A program made the translations under genes and the position numbers. A stretch of 64,000 bases of DNA from Callorhinchus milii (Eukaryota), in the NCBI RefSeq assembly GCF_018977255.1, contig NW_024704742.1:1180001-1244000 (forward strand). Direction: 5' to 3'. A model generated the notes under the pieces. The model had not been told where the DNA came from. It saw nothing but the letters and a program-made list of their open reading frames with translations, and made no database searches. Numbering within the stretch: position 1 is the first letter of the stretch; each line of letters begins with the position of its first letter. Below are positions 51,201-63,019 of this stretch, piece after piece.

Positions 51201-53580
51201 TGGTCCTCACTTTTAAAGCCCTCCACGGCCTTGCTCCTCCCTATCTCTGCGACCTATTAACACCATACCAACCTGTCTGCTCCCTCCGCTCGGCAAGCGC
51301 TGGCCTGCTCCATGTCCCCCGCCCAGCTTGCTCCACCATCGGCAGTCGGACCTTCAGCTTTTCTGCTCCCACCCTCTGGAACTCCATCCCAGAATCCCTC
51401 CACATCGCCCCTCCCTTGCCAGCTTCAAGGTCTGTCTCAAGACCTTCCTCTTTGACCATGCCTTCAGCCACTCTCCCAAACCCCATCTCCCTCGCCCTTC
51501 ACCCTTCTTGATTCTAACCCCGAGCACGGGTGCAAAGCTGTGACTGTCCAGTGTCTTGAGACGTCATTCTGACATGAAAGGCACTATATAAATATAATAT
51601 GTTGTTGTTTCTTAGATTGATGCAGTGACCATAGGTTTGAAGGGTAATGGCTTGGTTTGATTGGGTTAGCTGCCTGTTTTTAAGTTTCCTTTGCTCATTT
51701 TTATGTTTAATTAGGATTTCAATCTGTCTCACTATTATTCTATAAATAACAGCTCAGAACAGTTTCCTAAAGTTGATCGCACTGTGTTTTTTTTTGCTGG
51801 GATATAGTTCCACAGGTAACTACTGTTCTTTGATACCTCACTCTTGGGCCATTCTTCATGTGTGAACCCGGTCAATAAGATTGAAAGGCCAAGCCCAAAT
51901 CCCTGCCTGCTATCTGTGCATTTCCCAGCTGCAGTTCCTGGATAGAGAGGTCAGGAATGAGAACACCATTAATATCTGTGAGGAGGTAGGGTATGGACTT
52001 TCACTGAAACTCTTTTAACCTATTCCTCCCCCCCACCACCCACACACACATTTACTACAATATAGTGTCTTTGATATCGAGAGGACGTCCCAAGGCGCTT
52101 GTATGCTACCGGATACAAATTGAACCTGGGACTTTCCTGATCTGCGTGACTTGTTTATCTTTCTAGGAAGTTTGTAATACTTTTCTCACCTCCTAATGAA
52201 GTTGAAGTGCCTTTTGGTTCATTTTCCTGTTCCTGGTATTGATTGCACCTTCGTTGCTGCTTGTGTTCAGAGAGGGAACCACAGTGCTTCCGCAGACATT
52301 TCCTGCGTGGGTCTGACAGATCGGAATAACAGTATCTGTTAAACTCTCCGGGACTTTGGTAGAAACAGAACACTATCTTAGGAACCAATCTTATAGATTG
52401 AGAGCTGGGCAAACAGACAGGAAAGTGGGACAAGTGTACCAAACTCCAGGCTCTCACATTCTGAGAGGAGATGCCAGAGGAATTCACAACCCACACCGCA
52501 GGAACATATTAAAAATCAATTCTAGATGTAGCTCCATTCCAGTCAGCAATGAGAATAGCCAATTCAACCTTTTAGCCTACTCTGCCAATTCATTCGTTCA
52601 TGCTGGCTCTTTCTAATCTCTCTGAGCCTCACCATGTCCCTTAGTAAATTTACTTCCCATGTATTTATCTCCCTCTCTAAAAGTTCTCAATAAATTCTGC
52701 ATCTATTGCCTTCTGGGCTCGTGCGCGCCACATTCAAACAGCCCTCTGTGCGCGAAGAGCAAAATGAAAATCTGTGGTTTGTCTGTCTATTTAAAGTGTA
52801 TTGTTAGACTTATTACTGTGGGGTGAGTCGAAAGATTTTCCATGTTACAGCCCCGAATGCCATTTGAGCAACATCAGGAGCCGTACACTTCAGGGAGATG
52901 ACTGTGAATGTACGCGAGGCGCAAAAAGCTGTATAAGGCAGCATAAATCACTAGGGTTAGACTAACACCCAAGCCTATGATCTCAAAGACCCAACATAGG
53001 GCTTGAACCCACAACCTTCTGACTCAGAGCGGAAAGTGCTACCAAATGAGCCAGGCTGACCTCTGTGTAACGTTGGTCACTAATAATCATCCTTGCATAT
53101 GACATAGCGCCTTATCACATCATCAAAACATCTCAGGGTGAGTTGAGGGTGAGTTAAGTACAGGGAGGGAGCGGTGGCTATTCTTACCCTAATTATTGTC
53201 TTTACCAAAAATGCCTTAAGTCATTACTGTAATCGGTCCATACTCCACTGCTCGTTCTGGGTGTCACTGGGAGCAGAGTTGTACTCTTTTAGAAAATTAG
53301 ATAATGAAACTGGCGCCCTGACTGAAATCGGCTGTTTTCTAACTCGTTATAAATTTGCGTTCTCTCCGCAGTGTTTTTGACCGGGAGTGACCGTATTCCG
53401 ATCTACGGGATGGCAAGTATACGGATGATGATCCAGCCCACCTCGGGAGGAGAGCAGTACCTGCCGGTGGCTCACACGTGTTATAACCTGCTGGATCTCC
53501 CCAAGTACCAGAATAAAGAAACATTAAGGACAAAGCTCATTCAGGCCATAGACCATCACGAAGGGTTCAGCTTAGTATGA
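24256..53580 (+). CDS. HERC3: E3 ubiquitin-protein ligase HERC3 (RCC1-like domain + HECT), complete, 24 coding exons, 1052 aa
   Basis: Exons read by hand, all with AG/GT boundaries and matching phases: 24256-24499, 27415-27574, 29019-29095, 30262-30483, 31588-31679, 33258-33388, 34795-34955, 35742-35818, 36626-36738, 39021-39080, 40477-40588, 41223-41412, 42254-42417, 42693-42806, 42937-42960, 43971-44060, 44954-45124, 45268-45411, 46210-46376, 46972-47038, 47979-48061, 48912-49095, 50379-50481, 53372-53580. They total 3159 nt with no internal stop. RCC1 repeats (ACG.H...WG...GQLG) are present, as is a HECT domain ending [15 protein letters not shown]...[16 protein letters not shown]...EGFSLV* (catalytic Cys codon 53479-53481). 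Residues [49 protein letters not shown] and IPIYGMAS match HERC3 rather than HERC4 as I recall those proteins. Confidence 0.93.
27060..27196 (-). mobile_element. Older second tRNA-headed SINE family (Deu-domain/SacSINE-like); related pieces at ~5620-5900, 48480-48745, 52990-53060, 60893-61085 and 62565-62880
   Basis: Minus strand: GGCTCAGTGGTAGCGCTCTC...GAGTCAAAAGGTTGTGGGTTCAAAGCCC. The family name is from recall only. Confidence 0.55.
27950..28800 (-). mobile_element. CR1-type LINE 3' fragment in HERC3 intron 2, with a nested L2 piece
   Basis: The minus strand encodes [16 protein letters not shown] and [22 protein letters not shown] and ends in a TTCTTATGTTC-type tail. Confidence 0.8.
31946..32320 (+). 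mobile_element. tRNA-derived SINE, full length
   Basis: AGCTCAGTGGTTAGAGCG (A box), GGTTCGATTCCC (B box), tail and (ATT)n. Confidence 0.9.
33994..34370 (+). mobile_element. tRNA-derived SINE, full length
   Basis: Same head, body and tail as the other copies. Confidence 0.88.
35460..35645 (-). mobile_element. tRNA-derived SINE, 5'-truncated
   Basis: 3' half of the SINE in reverse orientation. Confidence 0.8.
42937..42960 (+). CDS. HERC3: HERC3 24-nt symmetric microexon (KIQPAIAE)
   Basis: tttttttacag|AAAATTCAGCCGGCGATTGCAGAG|gtaaaa; phase 0-0; fills the 8-aa gap between the neighbouring exons. Confidence 0.8.
48170..48285 (+). mobile_element. CR1 LINE 3' terminus
   Basis: GATCAGCCATGATC...GGCCGAATGGCCTTCTCCTGCTCCTGATTCTTATGTTC, the typical CR1 3' hairpin and tail. 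Confidence 0.7.
50740..51610 (+). mobile_element. L2-clade LINE fragment (RT, internal deletion, 3' tail) in HERC3 intron 23
   Basis: [17 protein letters not shown]...[38 protein letters not shown]; ends in a stem-loop tail followed by (GTT)n. Confidence 0.9.
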
Positions 53581-55210
53581 AATAAACTCCTCTTTTTACA
53601 CTGTGAAGAGAGAGGTTAATTTGTTAAGCACTTTATTGTTTTTAAAAGAAATTGTTCTGTAACATCCAGTCAATGATTGAAACATTAATCCGACCCCCCC
53701 CCCCACCCTTCCCACACACACACACTTTCGTTACTCACCCCCAGATTTTACAACATACAAGGGAGTTGTGCTTCAACATGGCAGTAAATATTAGGACACA
53801 TATCTAATCACAAGAAGGATTGGTGCGAATAAGTCTGATGGGCCACTTGATCTTACTTTCAATTCACCTCTAGTACCACAACAACTACTTGCATTTATAT
53901 AGTACCCTTAACGTGGGGTAGTGGTGTCTTTTCAATCCAGTGTCCTGGCCTCAAAGCAACCTTCCTCGTAAATCATTCCAGCTGTTGATTACCCTCTGTG
54001 CAAAAAATAGCTTTTGCCCTAAAATCGTCCCTCACAACCCAAACCTGTATCCTCTTAAGGTGCTTTGAGACGCGATAAGGCGCAATATGAAATGCAAGGA
54101 TTATTATTAGTAGTAGTAGTATTGTTGTTATTAGCTAATATAGTGGGGTTTTTTTTTAGAGCTACCCCTCTTCTGTATGCAGCACTCCAGGTGTGTCCTG
54201 AACAGAGTCCTGTGTAACACAAGCACAACATCTGGGGAGTTTAAGCATTTATAATGGAAAGTTTTGGGTAAATTTACTGCCATGCAGAACATCCCTCCTG
54301 GCCTCTTGAGATGTTAATATTCTCTCATCTCCCACACACCCCCATCCCCTTTCCTGGATTTTAGAATGTACAGTCTCATTTAACTCCTTGGCATTTTAAA
54401 GAGATTATTTCTACAATATATTTTGAATCATTTATCTCTTTAGTTATTTTGAACTATCGGGTATCTTTAGTGCACCTTTGCTGCTGCTTTTGCCCTCTTC
54501 AGTAATGTTTCTTTGGGGAGCTCAAGTTTTGTTTGTTCAGTCAACAAAGGTGGCTGAATCTCCATATATTTCCTTTTATGTAACTTCGACAAACACTTTT
54601 ATTCTGTGTGTGTGTGTGTATGTGTATGTTATATGTACGTGTATATATTCATATATATTAAATATATATTGATATATATGTATGTGTGTGTGTCTGACGC
54701 TGTACATAACATGACCAAAGGACATTTCTTAATTTCGCCCAACGATTTTGATGTTTTTAATTTGGTGCGGAGCAGCTTTGGTTCTCAATGGGGTTAACAG
54801 TACCGCTATTAACACTCAACCCTGTCAGAGCTGATGCAGTGCTTCATATCAATGGACTAGGAAACACAGCATCTTAAAATCCAATCATACTGCAATGTGA
54901 TAACTGGTTGACGAATGCCTTAGCCAGGTGGAGGCAGTGGTTTACTACTCTTGTCATATGAAAGTTTGTAGCATGTGAAAAAAGATTGTAAAAATAAGGT
55001 AATAATAGCTGCGGGATGTAGTTGCATTGCTGCTGGATGCTTTGTGAAGTGTTTAACCTGCTTTTTTTCACGTTCTCTCAGCAGAAAAAAAGCTCCAGAC
55101 TTAAATGGGAGGCTTGAAGATAGCATTTGGGCAGTATTGCAATCCTGATTTTTTATTTCATCAGTAGAAAGACCCTTATAACATTATTTTTTCATGTTTT
55201 CCACAAATGA

Positions 55211-55229
55211 AATAAAACTCAGGATTAAA
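55211..55229 (+). terminator. Candidate HERC3 polyadenylation signals (AATAAA 55211, ATTAAA 55224)
   Basis: The hexamers are followed by U/GU-rich sequence (GTTTTTATGTTGTATGACTTGTTTTTT) about 1.65 kb after the stop codon. Confidence 0.5.
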
Positions 55230-55899
55230 GTTACCTTGCGTAAAGTTTTTATGTTGTATGACTTGTTTTTTTAGACAGCGGGGAGAGGAATAAACTGCTG
55301 ATAGTCATGTCATGTGGAGAGTTGTACCTGCTGGGTATTTTAGCGTTCTGTAGGCCAGGAGGTTGACTGTCTTTTGTGGGGAAGTGTTTCCGCCGAAACT
55401 TTCCCTCCCCATGTTGATTAGATTTTCTTTTAATTCTGGTGGGGGAAAAAAAAACCTGAAGGGTTTAGATTCCGTCTCGCCTGCGATGAATGATTAGGTT
55501 TGAAATCCTGTTCGCCAGACGTTGAAACGGTTAATGTCGGCCGGGGCGGGGAGCTCACAGCTGGTCTCAGCATGGCATGTCGGGCACACTGACAGGCTAG
55601 TTAGTGAGATTGATGAGTTCCTGGCACCCAGCAAACCACACACAACAGGGGGTTGCTACCCGAGGCCAGAGACTGTCATGATCAGTAACTAAATGACTGG
55701 AGATGGAAGATATGCTCACCCACCACCTTTGCTCTGCTTATTGCATCGCGTGAACCCGTCCGTTTGTCAATCTCCTACACAGCAGCTCTGAGCACGACAA
55801 CCACAACCGCGCACACAAATCCTGGGGTGAAAAATACTTTTATTTCGCGTACCTGACGTGCGAGCCAATTTTTTTTTTCCTCCAAAGGGCAGGTAATTA

Positions 55900-56180
55900 T
55901 TATTATGATAATGATAATAATAATAATAATCCTTGCATTTGGCATGGGGCCTTATCATGCTTTCGAGACGTCTCAAAGCGCTTCACAGAATATACTGTAA
56001 AGTTTATTGACTGTGTATTTTGTGGGCGAAACGCGGCAACCGATTGCGCACAGCCGCGTCCCCACAAAAGGTCGGGGATTGATTCACTAAATAATTTTTT
56101 CTAAAAAACGACTTATTACGCCCAGAAAAGCGATCCGCCAATGGACTAACAACCGGCTTCCAACTTACTGCTGGGTGCAA
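55900..56180 (-). mobile_element. tRNA-derived SINE, 5'-truncated
   Basis: SINE body and tail in reverse orientation. Confidence 0.8.
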
Positions 56181-56444
56181 CTCCGCCTTTGACAATCGCT
56201 GTGAGGGTCTGTGCACGATCTCAATTCATGGCAATTGCTCATTTTCGGAACCTGCAGGATGGAGACAAATGATCACAAGCCGCGCTCTCCAAAGTGTCGG
56301 CCTTTATTTTTGCTGCAAGTTGAACTGGCAGAACACTTCAGCAGCTGACGGCCATCGACAATCCGGGGGTAGGATGTTGATGGACGCTTATGGAGCAGTC
56401 AGTCTAACTGACCAAATGCAGACCAAGTAACGAACGTCTTCAAA

Positions 56445-56645
56445 CAGATCATAGAATTACACAGCACAGAAGGAGGCCATTCGGCTCATCGTGTCTGTGC
56501 CGGCCTTTGAAAGTGCTGCCTAATCGGTCCCACTGCCCTCGCTCTTTCCCATAGAACTTGCAAATTTTTCCTTTTCAAGTAAATATCCAATTCCCTTTTG
56601 AAAGTTATTATTGAATCTGCTTCCACCAGCCTTTCAGACGGTAAT
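56445..56645 (-). mobile_element. CR1 LINE 3' terminus
   Basis: ATCATAGAAT...GAAGGAGGCCATTCGGCTCATCG is the reverse complement of a CR1 3' tail. Confidence 0.65.
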
Positions 56646-57709
56646 AATTATACGATTACAACTCCACTAACCCCCTATTGTGTTGAGGATGATGGTAATT
56701 TTATTTTAAAGAAGATGTGTAGATAATTTCAGCCTTGATGGCCAATTATGTTGTGCGGGCAACGGATATTGATGCTTTACTTACAACAAAATATTTCAGA
56801 GACCATGCCACGATTCCAAAATTTACTTGGAGCATCAGATAGTGCAGGCACGTGCACGACCACGCACGACCACAATACTTACTATATTTAACGATTACTG
56901 ATATAATACAAGGCAATGATGAGTTGTTGCTACTTTCTGCCGCTCCGCAGCATGTACGCCAGCCCTTCCCCTCTCGCGTTGCTCGGTTCTCACAAAGACT
57001 GGATTGCAATAAAGCAACTCTTGTGTCAAAGGGCACTTGGCAATCTTTCTTGGTGGCACGTTCCTCCACGCTAAGCCCTTTAGAAGATCTCAGGCTTCAA
57101 GTGGCAAAGTGCAAATCATTAGAAAGAAAGGCTGACGTGAGACATAATGCAGCTATTTGACACGAGGCTGTGAGCCCAGAAAGAGAAGGTAAAGATTTAA
57201 TATTAATGAGCTTCAAGCAAGAATAGGATTTAGACAATTGACACGAACACACAGGCACAGACTGGCATTTAAGGACCAAACGTGAAAGAACAGATGGTGC
57301 GTTGATTAACTCCGTTCAAGAAGGTCAAGCTGGTCAGAATCTCCTTGGACCCAGTGGATAAAAAGAGATAACGTATGGAGCCCAATGGTTTCTGTGCTCG
57401 TGGGGGTGAGAGCGCAGCGCGATGGGGTTTAAAAAGGCATCCAATGGTTTATTTTAATATCCGTGTTGATCTCCTCTCAAGTACACAGTGTGAGACCAAG
57501 ACATGTCGTCCACAAAATACAGTATATTCTGTGAAGCGCTTTGAGACGTCTCGAAGACGTGTTAAGGCGATATATTTTATATCGCTGTGACACTAACAAA
57601 AAAAAGTCATGCAATTAAAAAGAAAAGACCATATTACTGGAAAAGAAAGATGCATTTATTAAGAAATTCACAATAAATTACCAAAAAAGTTACCGTATTA
57701 TTATTTGTA

Positions 57710-57988
57710 TTAATGAGGCTTTTGAGTTTGTTTTTTGTTCATGATATCTTCAATGTTTGGATGCAGTTTTGAGCACGCCATATGGTGATCATCTGTTAGT
57801 TTGGAACGGTATTTATTTTTTTCTGAAGTTCATGGTGGATAAGGACTGCTCACAGGTGTGGGTTGAATCTGATTCTGCACAAATATCGTAGAGTGGAAAA
57901 TCACTCTTAGAGACGAATTTCCAAAACGACTTCAAGTCCTGTATTACTGGAGAAGCGCACAGTTCTTCGAATTTGCTATGTAGGCCTG
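57710..57988 (-). mobile_element. hAT-superfamily (Charlie/SPIN/GTF2IRD2-type) transposase C-terminal remnant
   Basis: Minus strand: FWKFVSKSDFPLY...STHTCEQSLSTMNFRK, a +1 frameshift, then NKYRSKLTDDH...LHPNIEDIMNKKQTQKPH*. This matches the hAT dimerisation-domain pattern ST..CE..FS.M...K.K.RS.LTD.HL. Confidence 0.75.
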
Positions 57989-58340
57989 AATAATAATAAT
58001 AATCCTTGCATTTGATGTAGCGCCTTATCACGTCTTTGAGACGTCTCAAAGCGCTTCACAGAATATACTGTAAAGTGAATTGACTGTATATTTTTTCTTG
58101 TGGGCAAAACATAGCAGTCGATTGCGCACAGCAATTGTGTATTGAGTGACCAATTTATTATTTTTTTTAATGAATAGTTACTCCCTGGAAAAGCGATCCG
58201 TCAATTGTCTAACAACCGGGTTCCTACTTGCTGTTAGGTAGAGCAAGGAAACCTGCCCAACGTTTCTCCCTACCGGGAATCGAACCCAGGTCCTCTCGCC
58301 TGCGAGGCGAGTGCTCTAACCGCTGACCTACAGGACTCCA
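57989..58340 (-). mobile_element. tRNA-derived SINE, full length, abutting the hAT remnant
   Basis: A and B boxes, body, tail and (ATT)n. Confidence 0.88.
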
Positions 58341-58544
58341 CTTTCGAAATTTATTGTAGAGAAATGCAGAGTGCTGCACATGGGCCCAAAATATCCAGGA
58401 AGGGAGTATTATTTAAATGGAAAGAAAATAATCTGTACAAAAAAATGAAAAGGACCTGGCGATCTTGATAGGCTATCGCTTGATGATCGCTTGATCGCTT
58501 GATGAACCGTCTGCTCACCGCAATACAAAAAGGATATTGCAGGG

Positions 58545-58795
58545 ATTCAGAGGATACAGAGGAGGACAACCAACGTGATTGAGGGGATGGGAGGGACTGG
58601 ACTAGGAGGAGCGATTAGGTAAACTGGGCGTGTTCACCCGGGGGAAGAGAAGGTTGAGGGGCGGTATGATTACGGTCTTTAAGATTCTGAAGGGCATAGA
58701 CAACGTAGACCATGTTGAGCTGTTGGGTTTTGTACTGAACAGTGGAACCAGAAGACAAGGCCTGCGATTGAAGGTGGGGGGTAAATTCAGAAACT
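58545..58795 (+). mobile_element. CR1-type LINE fragment, near-identical to part of the 28-kb copy
   Basis: [51 protein letters not shown]. Confidence 0.8.
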
Positions 58796-59150
58796 CTCTC
58801 AACCTGATGCCCTCTTCATATTTTCTTTTTGACGTACGGAGCGTATTACTAAGCGAATGTTTGTGGCAAAAATCACAGACCTGCCAGATCCAACAATTAA
58901 ACTTCAATACGTTCGACTCAAAGGCCGCAGCTCACAGACTGGCCTTGACCTTGTTGGGGTGAGGGATGGGGGTGGGGGAAGGTGGCAATAATTGTTGTTG
59001 TTCGTGGAGTTATTTTTAAATTGTGTTGTGAGCCATTATCAGTTTGCGTTGGCCGTCACTGTTACAGAGACAGTTGTGGGGGAATCTAGGAACAGACTGT
59101 CTATCCATTTGGGGCCAAGTGACCTTTCCTGGTTCCATACCTGTATGATC

Positions 59151-59470
59151 GTGGAGTCCTGTAGCTCAGTGGTTAGAGCACTCGCTTTGCAAGTGAGAGA
59201 CCTGAGTTCAATTCCAGGCAGAGGGCGAAACCTTGGGCAAGTTTCCTTACTCCACACAGAGCCTAATAATAATCCCTCCAAAACCAAACAATAATAAATT
59301 GGTCATTTTCAATCTACGACTGTTTGTGGGACATTGCTGTGCGCAATTGGCTGCCGCGTTCGCCCACAAATATACAGTCAATTCACTTTACAGTGTGTTC
59401 TGTGAAGCGCTTTGGGACGTCCTCCCGACGTGAAGAGCGCTATATCAAATGCAAGGATTATTATTATTAT
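59151..59470 (+). mobile_element. tRNA-derived SINE, full length (short subfamily)
   Basis: GGAGTCCTGTAGCTCAGTGGTTAGAGCAC...GAGTTCAATTCC...GCAAGGATTATTATT. Confidence 0.9.
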
Positions 59471-60246
59471 TATCTCGGAAATTCTAAATTTCGAAAAGAT
59501 GACACGTCTCACAACTTCAGTTGCAAGAGAGTTTATTGGATTCGGCAAATACACAGTCACTACACTTCACAGCAAAATCCTTTGAAAGCACCTTGAGACG
59601 TCTCAACAATGCGAAAAAGGCGCAATATCAAATGCGAGTCTTATTATCATTATTATTAGTATTATTATCATCTTATTTGCCCCCGGGGATAAAATCGTGA
59701 ATCACACTCGGTTTGAATCTGTACTTTTGTTCAGGAGAATAATCTTTGGTACATTGTTAAAAACAAACACATTGAAGTCTGACGTTCATGTTTCACATCC
59801 TTTTTTGAGTTCAGCAGCCGGAGCTGGATAGAGTGACACATGAGAGTCATAATTCTTAGTTATTCTCAGCACGAATACTATTCCCCTTCATCCGCCCTTC
59901 ACCCTCGCCCGATTCTCTCTCACTCCCCCTGAATCAGATGTGAAAACAAAGGTCACCTTGTCCGGGGCAATGCATATTGTTTACTGCTCTGTCCCTCCAG
60001 TTTTCTTAAATATCGTTTTATTTTGTTCCCCGCCAATGTCCCTCCTTCAGGAGATCAGACTCTCTCCCTCCTTTCTTCACTTACAAGGGCACTGGTCCCC
60101 GTTACACACTGTTGACGTGACCGCTGTTCGCGTGGCTCACCAGGCTATTTGATTGCATTGACCCTGTCGACAAAGTTTCAGGAGTAATTGATGAACAGAG
60201 ATCAGGAGCAGGAACTCTGGCTGATTTGTCTCCCAGTGCAGATCGA

Positions 60247-60548
60247 TGTGAAACCTTAGACAAGTTTCCTAATGCCACACGCCTCTGCTTACCCAGCAGT
60301 AAGTAGGAACCCGCTTGTTAAGTCGATTGGCGGCTCGCTTTCCGGGGGTAATAATCCCTTCAAAATAAGTAAGAATTTGGTCACTCAATCCACGACTGTT
60401 TGTCGGACGCTGCTGTGCGTAATTGGCTGCCGCGTTTCGCCCACAAAATACACAGTCACTACACTTTACAGCATATCCTGCAAAGCGCTTTGAGACGTCT
60501 CGACAACGCGATGAGGCGCTATACCAAATGCAAGGATTATTATTATAT
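60247..60548 (+). mobile_element. tRNA-derived SINE lacking the tRNA head
   Basis: Starts at GTGAAACCTT...; full body and tail. Confidence 0.8.
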
Positions 60549-61199
60549 TAGTATAATGACAGCGCCTGTGATTTTCTGAGATGAGCTCACTCCGCACAGA
60601 CCTTTACAATTTTCACATATCATTTGTTCACTGGATAAGTGGGTTAAATCAGACGTGCTTTAAGATGGATTCCCAAATCCGATGGCATTTAATACAATTA
60701 TCATTCATTCCCTGAACAAAACATCCTTTCCTGCACAGTATAATGAAGTGACTATGTGGCTTTTAATTGAAATCAACTGCAAGAAAACATTATATTTTTG
60801 GCTGCGATTGGCCTGGCAATCCTAATTTAGGGCATGTGGGGTTTCAGTTGATACCAGCAAAGCAGGCGTCCGCTGTCGATAATCTGTCACGTGTCACGCT
60901 GACTCAATTGGTAGCGCTCTTGCGGTTGAGTCAGAAGGTTGAAGGTTGAAGCGACCAATTTGGGACTCGAGATCATAATCTGGGCTGACATTCTGGACGC
61001 ATCGTTCAATGGATAAGATGTTAAAACTGGTGTTCCGTCTGTCTGCCTATTCAGGATAACGTTAAAAATACCAATGCAATTTCTTTCACCCAGTGTCTGA
61101 GTCATCAATTCCCCCCAATTGTTCATTCACTTCATGTCTGAGGCTGGAACACCGCAAATTTGCTGCTACGTTGTCTGAAGGGTTCGAACATAAATGTTT

Positions 61200-62530
61200 G
61201 CTCACCCCCAAACCTTCTGGCTCCTCTTGTCCCTGTCCCGCTGCAAAAAGTGCCTGTTCAATCTTCGTCTAAATTCCACCCCCTGCTCCATCTCCTCTGA
61301 CTTCACTTCCCTCCTCTCCACACTAAACCTCACCCTCCACATAAACTCCCCGACCCACAACCGTGGCCACCCCCTCCTTGATCTCGTCATCACCCATGGC
61401 CTTGACATCTCTCTGATCTGTCCATCACAGCAAGGCCATCACATACCACTTCCTCATCTGTCTCTCCTCTCATATCACCCTCCCCTCCTTCAAGCCCTTC
61501 AACATCTTTTTCCACCAATGGAAAAAGCTTCCCCCAAAGTCCCTCACAAATGCCCTCTCATCCTCTGACCTTCTCTCCCTCTAGCCTTCCACCCGCAGTG
61601 ATCCAAGCGCAGCTGCCAAGCTGCTGAATGATCACCTCTCCTCAACTTTCAATTCCTTCGTTCCCGCTGAAAACCTACCCGCTCCCCCTGGTACAAGTCA
61701 CCTCCGATCCCTCAAATCCCAAACCCGGTTGCTCGAGTGCAGATGGCACAAAATCAGCCCTCACGGTTCACGGCTAACTGTGGCTCGAGCCTCTTCATGC
61801 CTACCCTCGCTCCCTCTCAAACCGAAACCATCAGCCGTCCTCCTACCAACCTGATCCCAAACCCCAGCTCGGGTCCAAATCCCTGACTGTCCAGCGCCTC
61901 CCAAAGTAAAAGGTGCTATACACATAGAATTTTGTATTGTACTGTTCCCTGAACCTGGAACCGCTTTTTTCCATCTTCGCCACATCTCCGTCCGTACCTC
62001 ACGACCGACGCGGTCGAAACCCCCGTCCGCACTTGCGTCACTTCCCGGCTGGACCATTCCAATGCCTTCTTCGCTGGTCTCCCCAGTTCCAACCCACATG
62101 AAATCCTATTAATTCAAAACTGGCGTCGCCTGAATACTCACCCGTACAGACTCCACTGGCTCCCAATCACCGGACTGACCGATTTCAAGACCCTCTCACT
62201 CGTTTTCAAATCCCTTCATGCCCTCGCACCTCCCGACCTATCTGACCTGCTTACCCCTCATTCCACCACCTGCTGCTTCTGGACTCGTCCCCTCCACTCC
62301 ACCATTGGCTGCCGTGCCTTCAGCCTACAACAACCCGAAACTCTCTCAATCCTTCCATCTTGCCCCCTCCCTCCCCACCTTCAAATCCCGCCTGAAGACC
62401 CTCCTTTTTGATCGTGCTTACGGTCACCTTCCATCCTCCCACTGGCTCATTGTCGGACTCTACCACTGTCCAGCGCCACGAGATGTTATCCCGTGTGAAG
62501 GGCGCCATGTAAATGCATGCTGTTCGTCTT
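61200..62530 (+). mobile_element. Degenerate L2 LINE fragments (endonuclease-proximal and 3' parts)
   Basis: HINSPTHNRGHPLLDLVITHG-like segment; FKSRLKTLLFDRAY C-terminus; L2-type tail. Confidence 0.7.
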
Positions 62531-63019
62531 GCTGACTGGGACTCGTACGGACCTTCCACTCATATAGTGTAAGCTGACACTCCACTGCAGCGCTGGGGGT
62601 TGCAATGGTGGAGGTGCCGTTGTTCAAATAAGACATTAAACCGAGCTCCTGCCTGTATATCCAGGTGGCCATTAAGCAGCTGCGGAACAGCTTGAAAAGA
62701 AAAAAGGAGTTTTGCTCTGTGTCCTGGCCAATATTTCCCTTCATAGCTGGTTGTCGGACATTGCTGTGCGCAAATTGGCTTCCATGTTCACCCAGAAAAA
62801 AGGCACTCCACTTTACAGCACGCTGGGTGAAGCACTTTAGGGCATCCACTTGACATTAAAGGCACTATGCCAAATATGAGGGTCATTATAAATCCACAGC
62901 ATCCAAAACATAGGTCCTACATGTTACCGTGAAGCACNTTTTTTTTAAGGGATGCTTCGACTCTGTGGTTCTACAACAATGCAACAAACCCAACAGAAAA
63001 AAAGTTCAAGGAGAAAAGT

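Noticed and set aside
24256..53580. Assignment of the + strand gene as HERC4
   Set aside because: Some residues are HERC4-like ([13 protein letters not shown]), but most diagnostic positions and the adjacency to a HERC5/6-like gene favour HERC3.
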